From Octopus vulgaris (lineage: Eukaryota), in NCBI GenBank assembly GCA_951406725.2, contig OX597828.1, positions 1,364,001 through 1,428,000 on the forward strand: a stretch of 64,000 nucleotides of DNA, written 5' to 3'. The position numbers were made by a program, and so were the translations under genes. The notes under the pieces are model-generated. The model did no database searches. It saw only the letters and a program-made list of their open reading frames with translations, and was not told the DNA's origin. Below are positions 1-11,419 of the stretch, in pieces. Each line of letters begins with the position of its first letter. Within the stretch, counting starts at the first letter, position 1.

Positions 1-82
1 AAATACAAGACATAAATAGCAGAACCTAATCTAATAATGTTGAAAAGGAAGGAATTTTCGGTTGGAATCGGAGGAAACTTAC

Positions 83-94
83 CTGATCGGCCAT
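83..94 (-). CDS. RPS11: First coding exon (M-A-D-Q) of a minus-strand gene running off the window, probably 40S ribosomal protein S11 (uS17)
   Basis: Minus strand reads ...CTCTCACATCCTTTCCAAACTGCGATC ATG GCC GAT CAG|GTAAGT. It has a perfect donor site and a pyrimidine TCT/TOP-like leader typical of ribosomal protein genes. As I recall, insect RpS11 starts MADQ and human RPS11 exon 1 ends MADIQ. Only 4 codons are visible, so identity is tentative. Confidence 0.45.
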
Positions 95-249
95 GATCGC
101 AGTTTGGAAAGGATGTGAGAGGGCGCTGTAGCTGTGCGCATGCTTACGGAAATAACATCCGGTTGATTGGACTGCCCTCAAGTGTGAATGTACGGAAGTA
201 ATCTTACTAAGGGGAGGCAACTCATAAAACATTTCGTTCCACGTGAAAC
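95..249. promoter_or_regulatory. Compact bidirectional housekeeping promoter
   Basis: 155 bp between divergent ATGs (94 on -, 250 on +). Contains a TCT-like CCTTTCC on -, NRF1-like TGCGCATG (~135), ETS-like CGGAAA/CGGAAG and a CCAAT box (ATTGG ~166). Confidence 0.6.
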
Positions 250-318
250 ATGTCTGGGATTGAAAAAGTCGCTCCTTTACTGTTAAGGGGATCAAAGCAA
301 ATGAGATTTCCGATACGG
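250..318 (+). CDS. NDUFV3: NDUFV3-like gene exon 1 (putative mitochondrial targeting peptide)
   Basis: Encodes MSGIEKVAPLLLRGSKQMRFPIR followed by a GTAAAT donor (phase 0). Joins in frame to the exon at 2824 to give ...PIR-VFC, a presequence-like basic/hydrophobic leader. Confidence 0.65.
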
Positions 319-949
319 GTAAATTTATTTATTTTTATTTCTTCAATGTCACATTTCAACGAGTTTCTTGATTGAAAATAACCTCCTAAAATCATAACTT
401 ATGAAAAAAAAAAAAAAATGCATATTCTAGTCAGTGCGCGGAAACAATGTTGCGAAAACTGTGTTTATTAGAAATAAGATCGGCGCCAATATTAAAATAC
501 TTTCTTTCAACTTTATAGTGTGCAGGATATCCTCTAGCAAGCTGGAATTCTGGTTTAAGGACCCCACATAACCACTCGTAACTTTAAAAAATTTTTTATT
601 TTGTCGTGTTTTCTTTCGTTCTTCACGTATCTGTAAGAATTTGTTCTCTATTTTTGCTATTTTTGTTCCTTTAGAAATAATTGCTAATAATAATAATTAT
701 AGTGAAGGGAAATCTGTGTTTCCTACTTATCACGAATAGAATAAATTCTGGCTGTTAGAAAAGTGTAATTAAAACTTTTCGCAGCCTTAGCTGTTCACCT
801 TCAGCAATTGTCTCTTCCCAGTTTACTGCTTCATACCCTTCAAACGTTCACGAATGTGACTTTGGTAAATATTTCGTTAAGGGCCCGTTCCTACCTTGAT
901 GTGAAATAATTTTTTTCCACAGGTTTTTACGAAATATTTACCTTATGAA

Positions 950-1135
950 CGAGCACTGCTTGACAAGGGTGTCGGTGTGTTTACGTCCCCGTAAAATAGC
1001 GGTTCGGTATAAAATACCGACAGAATAAATACGAGGCTTAAAAAAAAAGTACTGGGCTCGATTCGTTCGGCTAAAATTCTCCAAGGCGATGCCCCAGCAT
1101 GGCTATAATATTATGATTTAAACAATTAAAGGATA
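950..1135 (+). mobile_element. SINE body fragment (same family as 15655 and 58485)
   Basis: gtgtttacgtccccgtaa...gcggttcgg...ggcgatgccccagcatggc is shared with the other copies in the window. Confidence 0.65.
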
Positions 1136-1384
1136 AATGAATTGACACAAGATTTAAAAGTGACTTTGAACGTCAAAGTCAGTAAGAACGAGCGAGAATT
1201 GTAGGAGTTGCTTCCCCTGTGTCTATCAGTGACAAGATTTTGTTTGGTAAGGATGAAACGAAGATAAATTTTGAAGTAGGATTTTCTACATAAAATTATA
1301 ATAGTTTTATGTTTGTTAAAAACAGAATGTTTTGTAAAAAATAACTTTCAGTGACACTACTTTAAGTATTAATGTGTATGTCGT

Positions 1385-1785
1385 CTGAAAAGTTCAATGT
1401 TTTCCAAGGTGGTTGCAGGACATCCAGACCTTGGGTCATCTTCAACACTATCCCTTCCTCTCTTAAATTCAGCAACCCATTTTTGCGCTGTTGATGAAGC
1501 TGGAGTGTTATCCTTTAACATAGCAACTATGTCAGCATGAATATACGTTGAGGCTAAAACCTTTTTCTGCAGAGACTTAATAACACCACGGTGGCAAATT
1601 TTGCCCATTTTCAAATCAAATTGCTACTAGTTTTAAAGTCGTCTTTGAACAGTGAGATGTCAGTTACCTGGAAAGAAACAATGCAGTTATTGATAAGAAG
1701 AGTTGAAATTAATGCATGCAAAATTTCACTGCCGTAGCATCACTCCTTCATAGTCAACCTATGAACTTTTCAGCCCACCCTTGTA
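1385..1785 (-). mobile_element. Mariner transposon 5' remnant (intron 1)
   Basis: ORF 1369-1614 has mariner HTH motifs (KWVAEFKRGRDSVEDDPRSG.P). TIR gggtgggctgaaaagttcatagg near 1760-1780 is the same family as 5132. Confidence 0.85.
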
Positions 1786-2823
1786 TATTATTTTTGGTAA
1801 ATATTTTAACTTCATTGCTTAGGTGATCATTGTTTGCAGTGTATCACTTTGATGTTCAAAAAACCTAAAAATATTTTCATCCTAATTTTCTATCACTGGT
1901 TATAGATATCCAATTCCTTCCCTTGACAAAAGTGGACTTTGTTTAAAAAATACTTGTTTTTTTTTTCTCCTTGCTAATTTCATAAAAGTAAATATCGTAA
2001 CCTTTAGGTGAAGCATCATCAGTGACTGTCGGTATCAAAAAGGACTAAAAAAAATAGCTTAGCTTTCTTGAATTATGGAAACAAAGGCTCTAAAATAGGT
2101 TATGGGTGGGTCTTCTCGAGCTCAGTGAATTACCATTCATCTTGATCTTTTGTCATTTCCTTCATGAAACTCAACATCATGAGGTCAGTCTTCACTATTG
2201 AATTCCCAATGGCAATTTTCAGGATGAGTTCAAATTATGCGAGAAGGTTGGACTGAATTATAAGTACAAGCCTGGTTCATGTCTTCTCAGTCTCACTGGC
2301 TTGGGTTGACCTGAGGTTGTGGTAAAGGACACATGTGCAACACACAAGCAGGTGAGGTTGAGCTTAGGCCCTCATGTTTCTGAAGTAAATTCTTTATCCA
2401 CCCAGCCTTGCCTGAATCTATATTTAAGATTACATGGCAATAACTGACTTAATTCATAGATTACCAGACTTGCAGTATTTAGTTGCATCCCTTTACCTTC
2501 TCAGTTCAAATCCTGTGGACATTGACATTACTTTTTATTGGGATTAATAAAATATGTTACTAGGCCTAATTAAAGCAACTGAATTGAATTACCCTCACTC
2601 TACACAACAGGAAAGTTTAAACTTTCATACCAACATTTAGAAATCAATATATTTTGGATTTCAAAGTGCAACAAGGCTAATTAAGTGTAATAATACAGGG
2701 AGAAATAGCAATTTTTGACCTGTAGATCTTGTGTAAATCTTATAAAAAGAAAAAAAGTAAGTTAAACTAAAGCCTTAGATAACATTAAAAAAAAATTTTT
2801 TATTGTCTTTTAATTTTTTATAG

Positions 2824-4891
2824 GTATTTTGTGATAAGATTTCTTCTGAAAGTGTTACAAAAGATGTACCTACAAAAGATGTACCTATAAAAGATGTACC
2901 TACAAAAGATGTACCTACAAAAGATGTACCTACAAAAGATGTACCTACAAAAGATGTACCTGCAAAAGATTTAGCTGCAAAAGATGTACCTGCAAAAGAT
3001 TTAGCTGCAAAAGATGTAGCTGCAAAAGATGTAGCTACAAAAGATGTACCTGCAAAAGATGTACCTGCAAAAGATGTACCTGCAAAAGATGTACCTGCAA
3101 AAGATGTACCTGCAAAAGATGTACCTGTAAAAGATGTACCTGCAAAAGAGGTACCTGCAAAAGGTGTAGCTGCAAAAGATGTACCTGCAAAAGATGTAGC
3201 TACAAAAGATGTACCTGCAAAAGATGTACCTGCAAAAGATGTACCTGCAAAAGATGTACCTGCAAAAGATGTACCTGTAAAAGATGTACCTGCAAAAGAG
3301 GTACCTGCAAAAGGTGTAGCTGCAAAAGATGTACCTGCAAAAGATGTAGCTACAAAAGATGTACCTGTAAAAGATGTAGCTGCAAAAGATGTAGCTGCAA
3401 AAGATGTAGCTGCAAAAGATGTACCTGCAAAAGATGTACCTGTAAAAGATGTACCTGCAAAAGGTGTAGCTGCAAAAGATGTACCTGCAAAAGGTGTACC
3501 TGAAAAAGATGTAGCTACAAAAGAGGTACCTGCAAAAGAGGTACCTACAAAAGATGTAGCTGCAAAAGAGGTACCTGCAAAAGATGTACCTGCAAAAGAT
3601 GTACCTGCAAAAGGTGTACCTGCAAAAGATGTAGCTGTAGAAGATGTAGCTGCAAAAGGTGTAGCTACAAAAGATGTACCTGCAAAAGATGTAGCTTCAA
3701 AAGATGTAGCTGCAAAAGATGTAGCTTCAAAAGATGTAGCTGCAAAAGTTGTAGCTGCAAAAGATGTAGCTGCAAAAGATGTAGCTGCAAAAGATGTACC
3801 TGTAAAAGATGTAGCTGCAAAAGATGTGGCTGCAAAAGATGTAGCTGCAAAAGATGTACCTGCAAAAGATGTACCTGCAAAAGATGTACCTGCAAAAGAT
3901 GTACCTGCAAAAGATGTGGCTGCAAAAGATGTAGCTGCAAAAGATGTGGCTGCAAAAGATGTAGCTGCAAAAGATGTACCTGTAATAGATGTAGCTGCAA
4001 AAGATGTACCCGTAAAAGATGTAGCTGCAAAAGATGTACCCGTAAAAGATGTAGCTGCAAAAGGTGTACCTGTAAAAGATGTAGCTGTAGAAGATGTAGC
4101 TGCAAAAGATGTACCTGCAAAAGATGTACCTGTAAAAGATGTACCTGCAAAAGATGTGGCTGCAAAAGATGTAGCTGCAAAAGATGTAGCTGCAAAAGGT
4201 GTACCTGCAAAAGATGTAGCTGTAGAAGATGTAGCTGCAAAAGATGTACCTGCAAAAGATGTAGCTGCAAAAGATGTACCTGTAAAAGATGTACCTGCAA
4301 AAGATGTACCTGCAAAAGATGTACCTGTAAAAGATGTACCTGCAAAAGATGTAGCTGCAAAAGATGTACCTGTAATAGATGTAGCTGCAAAAGATGTAGC
4401 TGCAAAAGATGTACCTGTAATAGATGTAGCTGCAAAAGATGTACCCGTAAAAGATGTAGCTGTAAAAGATGTACCTGCAAAAGATGTGGCTGCAAAAGAT
4501 GTACCTGTAAAAGATGTACCTGCAAAAGATGTGGCTGCAAAAGATGTGGCTGCAAAAGATGTAGCTGCAAAAGATGTACCTGCAAAAGATGTAGCTGTAA
4601 AAGATGTACCTGCAAAAGATGTAGCTGCAAAAGATGTAGCTGCAAAAGATGTACCTGCAAAAGATGTACCTGTAATAGATGTACCTGTAAAAGATGTAGC
4701 TGCAAAAGATGTAGCTGCAAAAGATGTACCTGCAAAAGATGTGGCTGCAAAAGATGTGGCTGCAAAAGATGTAGCTGTAAAAGATGTACCTGCAAAAGAT
4801 GTAGCTGCAAAAGATGTACCTGTAAAAGATGTACCTGCAAAAGATGTACCTGCAAAAGATGCCCCTACAAATGATGCACTTGACTTCCAAG
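2824..4891 (+). CDS. NDUFV3: NDUFV3-like gene exon 2 with a giant pentapeptide-repeat linker
   Basis: T-rich tract and TAG acceptor at 2821-2823. Open frame VFCDKISSESVT(KDV[P/A][A/V/T])x134-NDALDFQ, then G|GTGAGT donor at 4892 (phase 1), matching exon 3. Confidence 0.75.
2860..4869 (+). repeat. Coding minisatellite, 134 x 15 bp (AAAGATGTA[C/G]CTG[C/T]A)
   Basis: Directly visible. Every unit is 15 bp and the + frame has no stop. Confidence 0.97.
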
Positions 4892-5131
4892 GTGAGTAAA
4901 CATTTTCTTTTGGATGCAGAGCAAATTTAATTATTATTATTATTTTTTTTAAAGTGTTGATAGTTTTGTAAAAATTTCAGCCAAACCTGCTGAAGCAAAA
5001 CTCTAGTATTGAAGTACATAGAAAACCAAATATACAGAATCTTACTGAGGCATGGACTAGATGGTTTCGCATAAGGGTAATATTATATAATTCTATTGAT
5101 AGCTGTAGGAAATTCAAAGAAGCTATTAACA

Positions 5132-6327
5132 CACAAAGGTGAGCTGAAAAGTTCATACTGCTGACTATGAAGGAAATCTGTGAAATCTTACATGCATTAA
5201 TTTCAACCCTTCTTATTAATAACCACATTGTTTCTTCCCAGGTAAACTGACATCTGACAGTTCAAAGAAGACTTGAGAAGTAACTAGCATTGATTTCTCT
5301 TGAAAATGGACAAAATTTGGCATTGTGGTTTGTCAAGTGCCTGCAGAAAAAGGTTTCAGCCCCCCCCCCCTCCCCAGCACATGGTTGCTTCATTAGGAGA
5401 TGATGCTTCAGTGCAAAAGCAATCCAATGTTTGGACGTCTTGCAACTGCCACCACTAAGGAAAATTTTGATCGTGTTCACTATATGGTGATGGCTGACAG
5501 GTGATTGACTATAAATCAAATAGCCTATGCTATTAATATATGTGAAAGAGTTGAGAATATTCTGTACAATGAACTTGGCATGATGAAGGTTTCTACTTGC
5601 TGGCTGCTATGTCTTCTGATACCTAGTGAAAAGGGCACCAGGTTGATCACATCATGGGAAAATCTGACATTGTTTGAAGCATATCTGGCTGGTTTCTTTG
5701 AATGTTTCTTAACCAAGGGTAAGTGTTGGGTTCATCAATTTGAGCCAGGGAGAAAGAGACACTCCATGCAGTGGAACACCCTTCCTTATCTGCTCCAAAG
5801 AAGGCTAAGGTCATTTCATCTGCTGGGAAATTGATGACCTCAGTTTTTTTGGATGCAAAAGTATTTGCTATTTTGAAAAGGGCCAAACAATTAATAGAGA
5901 ATACTATGCCACCTTACTGAGGCAGTTCTGAAAAGATATCGAGACCAAATGCCCAGGAAATCTGACAAAAGAGGTCTTCTTTAATCAGGACAGTGCTGTA
6001 GCACACAAGTCCTTGTTTCAATGGCTGCTTTGTGTGACTGTGGCTTAGAACTGGTTGATCACCCTTCCTTATACTCTTGATTTGGCCCCATCTGACTATT
6101 ATCTGTTCCCCAACATGAGAAAATACTTGGTTGGGAAACAGTATTGCAGTGATGATGATGTCATATCTGCTGTTGATGACATTTTTCTACAAATAATATG
6201 AAGGCTTCTTGACCAATGGGATCCAAGCACTGTGACACCGATGGAAGTGTTGAAAAATAAATTTCATTTGGTCACTTTTGATGAGAGTATCTTGGTCAAC
6301 CTATGAACTTTTCAGCCGATCCTAATA
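5132..6327 (+). mobile_element. Degenerate near-full-length mariner element (~1.2 kb, intron 2)
   Basis: TIRs (g)ctgaaaagttcata at ~5142 and tatgaacttttcagc at ~6302. Interrupted transposase with WV..F/Y-E, D(N/S)A..H and HP.Y..DLAPSDYYLFP-like motifs. Confidence 0.85.
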
Positions 6328-6901
6328 CAGGATCGGCTGCAAAGTTCAAAGGCTGATCTCATTTTGTCAGGATTGCCTTATTTTGTAAGTCATTCCTAAG
6401 TGTAAGTTTACAATTACTCTTTAACTGTTGTCAAATGTGTGATGAATATAATTTCCCAAAGAATTGCAGCATAAACAGATTTGAATTTGTAACCAGAAAT
6501 AAATGGAATGATTGTCTCATGTGGTCAGTGAAGAATTCTATATTATATTTGTAACAATAACAAGGGGAACTTGGCATTTGGAAGCATAAACTCCTTGGGA
6601 TACTTGAATGTTGAGACCATTTTTGTAGTAATGTATGTTTTGTTTGTTTTATCAGTGGGGGAGAGAGAGATATTTTAACATGTTTTAATGTCTGCTGAGT
6701 AGTGTTTGACTTATTGACTTGTATCTTTAGTATTTGTGAGAGTTGAAACAAAGTGAAATTGAATTTAACCTTAGATGGAGAATTGGTAGTCAGATATTTG
6801 TTACTTTCTGTGGTCTGAAGTTAATTTTGCTGCTCATCCTTCGAGAGTTGATAAAAATGTTCTGATCCAGGGCAGTGGATCAGGAGAACAGTAAGAATGT
6901 T

Positions 6902-9900
6902 GGATCTTTTCCTTTTGAACGGCACTTTGTAACATAATTTCTAGGTAACTAAAAAGTTACTGGTAGAATGTGTTTATAAAACATCATTTTTTTCTTGGTT
7001 TTATTGAGAAAATTCTATAGTTTGAAAGATATTTCGTCTGAAAATCCGAGCATTTCGGCAATTTTAACCAATCGATTACCTCCATTGAACTAAAAATCAT
7101 TTGCTGCGTCTAAAACTGAGACAACATCCTGTCACTAAGCCTAAACTTCACTCTAACCCTAACCCTAAATTTTTTTTTTTCTTAATTGTTAAATTAATTT
7201 AATTGTTACGCGTGTAAAAAAAACGAAATTAAGAAAAAAAATTTAGGGTTAGGGTGAGGTTTAGGCTTAGTGACAGGATGTTGTCTCAGTTTTAGACGCA
7301 GCAAATGATTTTAGCTCAATTAGAGGCGATTCATTGGTTAAAATTCGAATAATTAAACTATGTTAAACAAACGAATTACAAATGCCAAAACCTTCCCAGG
7401 CAAAGAATGTACCCTGCAACATAGACTGGTAGTTAGTGACTTTAGGATCAGGACTAAGAGGACAACCAGAAGACGACCAACATGGAGAAGAAGGATCTGG
7501 AAGCTTAAAGATCCTGCGAATGGACAGAGATTTAGGGACATGTTACTTGAAGCCTTTGACGAAGTAGAAGGGGATAGAGTATCACATGGGGTAGAAGGCA
7601 ATTGGACGTTTCTAAGGGACAACCTGCTGAGAGCCACTGACCAGATCTGTGGCTGGTGCAAAGTCTCCTATCGTCCCAAGGTAACGTGGTGGTGGAACAA
7701 TGTTGTAGACAGGGCTATTAGAGAAAAGAGACAGGCTTGGAAGGACTGGAAGAATGGTGGTAGCAGGGAATAGTATCAGACTGCCAAAAGGGAAGCTCGG
7801 AGACAGGTCTATCTAGCCAGAGGGGAAGCAGACAAGAAAAAATTTGCCAATGTTCTGCGCCGTGAGGACCAAAGACTGGAGGTATTTTGTGTTGCAAGAC
7901 AGGGCGTGTGAGAGAGAATTGTGATGTGGTAGGAGAGAAATGTGTTCGCATGGAAGATGGTTCACTTGCGCTAAATGAGGATGCAAAGAGAGAGGTTTGG
8001 AGACGCCACTATGAAAGGTTGCTGAATAAAGAAAATGAATGGGATAAAGAGAGTCTGCCGAATGTCGACCCAACAGAGGGACCAGCTATCTGAGTTGACA
8101 GTTCCTTGGTAGTTAAGGCAATTAGAAGCATGAAGACAGGAAAAGCCCCAGGCCCATCAGGAATCACTGCAGAGATGCTCAAAATATCTGGTAGTGTCGG
8201 CTATAGCCTAGTCACCCGTATAGTTAATCAGGTGATACACGAAGGAGTCATACCCAATGACTGGTGTAGCAGCATAATAGTCAACTGCTACAAAGGTAAA
8301 GGTGACGCCCTAGATACAAATAATTACAGAGGTATCAAGCTGTTGGATCAGGTAATGAAGGTTACAGAGAGGGTCATAGCCCAACTAATTAGAGAGAGAG
8401 TTAGTTTAGATGAGATGCAGTTTGGGTTCGTGCCAGGGAAAAGTACCACTGATGCTATATTCCTGGTAAGGCAGCTGCAGGAGAAATACCTAGCCAAGGA
8501 TAAGCCCCTGTACCTGGCTTTTGTTGACATGGAGAAAGCCTTTGACAGGGTCCCTCAATCCCTTATCTGGTGGTCAATGAGGAAACTAGGGATAGATGAA
8601 TGGCTGGTGAGGGCTGTGCAAGCCATGTACAGAGATGCCGTAAGTAAGGTTAGGGTTGGCAACATGTACACAGAAGAATTCAAAGTAGAGGTAGGGTTCC
8701 ACCAAGGTTCAGTCCTCAGCCCCCTCCTATTTATCATAGTCCTCCAGGCAATAACAGAGAAATTCAAGACAGGATGCCCCTGGGAGCTCCTCTATGCTGA
8801 TGACCTTGCTCTAATTGCTGAGTCACTATCAGAACTGGAGGAGAAGTTTCAGGTGTGGAAGCAAGGATGAGAATCGAAGGGCCTTAGAGTCAACCTAGCT
8901 AAAACCAAAGTCTTAATAAGTAGGAAGGTAGACAAATCACAAACGCCTTCAGGTTGATGGCCCTGCTCGATCTGTAGAAAAGGTGTAGGTAGAAACTCTA
9001 TAAGATGCACCAAGTGTAAGCTATGGACACATAAGAGGTGCAGCAATGTCAAAGAAAGGCTAACTAGGAAGATAGTTTTTGTATGTGGCAGATGCTCAGG
9101 AGCAATAAACACTGAAAATGCTCTGAGACCAACTTCTGCCACATTCCAGGGAGAAAAACTAGAAATAGTTGATAGCTTCCGTTACCTAGGTGACCAAGTC
9201 AGTAGCGGGGGCGGATGTGCTGAAAGTGTAACTGCTAGAGTAAGAATAGCTTGGGCAAAGTTCAGAGAGCTCTTACCTCTGCTGGTGACAAAAGGCCTCT
9301 CGCTCAGAGTAAAAGGCAGACTGTATGACGCCTGTGTACGAACAGCCATGCTACATGGCAGTGAAACATGGGCCGTGACTGCTGAGGATATGCGTAAGCT
9401 TGCAAGAAATGAAGCCAGTATGCTCCGATGGATGTGTAATGTCAGTGTTCATACTCGACAGAGTATAAGTACCTTGAGAGAAAAGCTGGACCTAAGAAGC
9501 ATCAGTTGTGGTGCACTGGTATGGTCATGTGGCGAGAATGAATGAAGATAGTTGTGTGAAAAAGTGCCACACCCTAGCAGTTGAGGGAACCTGTGGAAGA
9601 GGCAGACCCAGGAAAACCTGGGACGAGGTGGTGAAGCACGACCTTTGAACTTTAGGTCTCACTGAGGAAATGACTAGAGACTGAGACCTTTGGAAGTATG
9701 CTGTGCATGGGAAGACCCGGCAGGACAAGTGAGACCATAACCCGTGGCCTCTACATGGGATGTAGCCAGTCCACTTATGCATACCTTTCCTGGGACACAA
9801 AACTCTACTTGTGAAGACCTATTGAGGCAAGTGAGAATCGAAATCGATCAACATCAATGGAAATTGCAGCTGTGATACCAGTGCCAGTGGCACGTAAGAA

Positions 9901-10348
9901 AACCATCCGAACGTGGCCGTTGCCAGTGCTGCCCCGACTGGCCTTGTGCTGGTGGCACGTAAAAAGCACCATCTGTTCATGGCCATTGCCAGCCTTGCCT
10001 GGCCCCCGTGCCGGTGGCACGTAAAAAGCACCATCCGATCGTGGCCGTTTGCCAGCCTCGTCTGGCATGTAAAAAGCACCCACTACACTCACGAAGTGGT
10101 TGACATTAGGAAGGGCATCCAGTTGTAGAAACATTGCCAGATCAGACTGGGCCTGGTGCAGCCTTCTGGCTTCCCAGACCCCAGTTGAACCGTCCAACCC
10201 ATGCCAGCATAGAAAACGGACGCTAAATGATGATGATGATGAAAGCCAAGAGAAAAAAATGTTTTATTTTGACACATTCTACCAGTTTATGAAGTTTTAT
10301 AGTGTTTAGTTAACTAGAAATTGTGTGCTGTTCAAAAGGAAAAGATCC
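6902..10348. mobile_element. Non-autonomous foldback/TIR DNA element with an 8-bp TSD, split by an RTE LINE
   Basis: GGATCTTTTCCTTTTGAAC at 6902 and GTTCAAAAGGAAAAGATCC ending at 10348. AGAATGTT is duplicated at 6894-6901 and 10349-10356. Internal ~130-bp inverted arms at ~7060-7345. Confidence 0.8.
7378..10240 (+). mobile_element. 5'-truncated RTE-clade LINE with a few inactivating mutations and a (GAT)n tail
   Basis: End of the APE domain (QHRLVV), RT with KAPGPSG, FVDMEKAFDRV, QGSVLSP and YADD motifs (8106-8870), LRW.GHV-type and GRPRKTW C-terminus, long repetitive 3'UTR ending in gatgatgat. Confidence 0.92.
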
Positions 10349-10934
10349 AGAATGTTGAACTGCATTTTTTTATGCAACTGTTTGCATTTAGAATTCAAAT
10401 CCATTTTGGCCCATTTTGGTGGTAGACTTAATCTATTGCTTGATTTATCACCACCAACTAGCACCTAAGGTTGCCTTTAGTGGAGCCCATTCTGTCTCAA
10501 TCCACTGGGCTATGTTTTTAGTTTGTGGATGACTTTCTCCTTCTTTTCCACTAGTCTTGGAAGCTTTGTAAAAGGTCACAGGCAATATCTTCCCTCCTGA
10601 CTAAAAGATAAAAAAAACAAAACAATCATTCATTGAATCTTGAGTCAGGTTTTATTATCTTAGCTGTTGTTTCAATAACTCTAATTCAGCTCTATGATTA
10701 ATGGTGTGACTATCTTGTCTTCTTAGGATTGCATTATCTAATGTGTTCCCTTATTTGAGATGACAAGGTATGATTTAAGTAATATTTAACTGCTGTCTCT
10801 AGCAGGTTGAATATGTAGAGGCACCTTTGTTGGCTCAAGAGTTTTTCAGTGCAGGTAATCTCTTTCAGTTATATAATTTGCTTAATATTTATGTAATCCT
10901 TTTGGTTTAAATTTCTTTTTTTTTTTAATTTTAG

Positions 10935-11068
10935 TTTTGGCAGAAGATATCGACAATGCTTCTTTCAAATGTAAAGAATATTTTGAACATAATCCTATGA
11001 CGTTTTATGATATTGAATCGGGAATGGCAAAATACCGGGCACCACAACCAACTCCAGTTCACAATTAA
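10935..11068 (+). CDS. NDUFV3: NDUFV3-like gene last exon (conserved complex I-binding C-terminus)
   Basis: After a T-rich TTTTAG acceptor: (V)LAEDIDNASFKCKEYFEHNPMTFYDIESGMAKYRAPQPTPVHN*. Matches the NDUFV3 signature (DN..YK...[YH]..[ST]F.D....M.K[FY]R.PQP). AATAAA at 11141. Confidence 0.85.
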
Positions 11069-11419
11069 TTCATGACAATATTCAATAATGTAATAATGAT
11101 TGCTAATTCGTTGTTATCAATGTATTGATAGTCGTTTGAAAATAAAGTTTTACACCAAATATTTTATTGAGTTTCATTTTTATTTTAAATTTGAATCCCT
11201 TTAATCTGTTTCAATGTTTTACGATGCATAATGGATAATTTAGAGATGGTGATCATGAATATTCACCATTTACTTTCACTATTCTTGTTGAGTCTTGTGA
11301 ACTGTTTTTTTTTTATATTTCTAATAGATGACATGTATAAAGAGTTAAAGCTAATTTTATCAACTGTCTGTATATTTATTTTTAATCTGGAATTTCTATG
11401 AAATAATCTGCTTAGGGCT

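Noticed and set aside
83-94. Calmodulin (MADQL...) as the minus-strand gene
   Set aside because: Animal calmodulin genes usually have the first intron directly after the ATG. The TCT/TOP-like leader favours a ribosomal protein, though calmodulin is not fully excluded.
447-518. Alternative NDUFV3 leader MLRKLCLLEIRSAPILKYFLSTL
   Set aside because: Ends in TAG with no convincing in-frame donor. The 250-318 exon has a donor in the right phase.
2860-4869. CRISPR-like array
   Set aside because: Contiguous tandem units with no unique spacers, in a eukaryotic context with no cas genes.
3665-4890. Long minus-strand ORFs (QVHLL)n and (RYIFC)n
   Set aside because: Antisense shadows of the 15-bp repeat. 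Only the + frame has splice sites linking it to a recognisable gene.
7150-7260. Interstitial telomere or chromosome-fusion scar
   Set aside because: Only 2-3 TTAGGG units per arm, and they are part of a TSD-flanked foldback element.
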